DNA of 64,000 nucleotides from assembly GCA_051362555.1 (NCBI GenBank), contig CM120649.1:4154001-4218000 (forward strand), read 5' to 3'. Each line of letters starts with the position of its first letter. The first letter of the stretch is position 1. Of this stretch, positions 63,924 through 64,000 are shown one piece after another. The notes under the pieces were generated by a model, which had not been told where the DNA came from, ran no database searches, and saw only the letters and a program-made list of their open reading frames with translations. The stretch comes from Lingula anatina (Eukaryota > Animalia > Brachiopoda). The position numbers and the translations under genes were made by a program.

Positions 63924-64000
63924 TGGCCCATAGCCAGGGATGGTTCAGGGGTTTCGAAAGAACCGCCTCTTATGCTGACAAAAGGTCCACTCTTGGTAAA
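63924..64000 (+). mobile_element. Start of a short repeat family also seen at about 40570-40695 and 44716-44825
   Basis: Shared GGCCCATAGCCAG / GGGGTT / AAAAGGTCCACT blocks. Confidence 0.45.

Overview
AT-rich, intron-rich animal genomic DNA, probably a lophotrochozoan or similar marine invertebrate (inferred from gene and repeat style). I assembled five protein-coding genes by hand from GT-AG splice sites: (1) a rhodopsin-class peptide GPCR of the FMRFamide/sex-peptide-receptor type on the minus strand (639-2646); (2) an uncharacterised coiled-coil gene of about 35 exons and about 1,220 aa on the plus strand (7036-32480); (3) an ankyrin-repeat/SOCS-box gene with an N-myristoylation-type start on the minus strand (35711-37317); (4) a small gene missing from the ORF track, encoding a 67-aa secreted precursor of an 8-cysteine defensin/toxin-like peptide, with TATA, Inr and polyA signals (39955-41108, plus strand); (5) mitochondrial elongation factor G1 (GFM1; 46251 to beyond the window end). 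Introns and intergenic DNA hold many non-autonomous DNA transposons (PIF/Harbinger MITEs with TTA/TAA target duplications, a young long-TIR element with an 8-bp TSD), two Helentron/HINE-like elements carrying 146-bp and about 160-bp tandem arrays, an internally deleted Gypsy element, a 39-bp P-element-like footprint, and a Penelope-type fold-back with minimal hammerhead-ribozyme motifs in a GFM1 intron. The cysteine-rich peptide gene and the intronic hammerheads are the best leads. No database searches were run; family assignments rest on recognised motifs.
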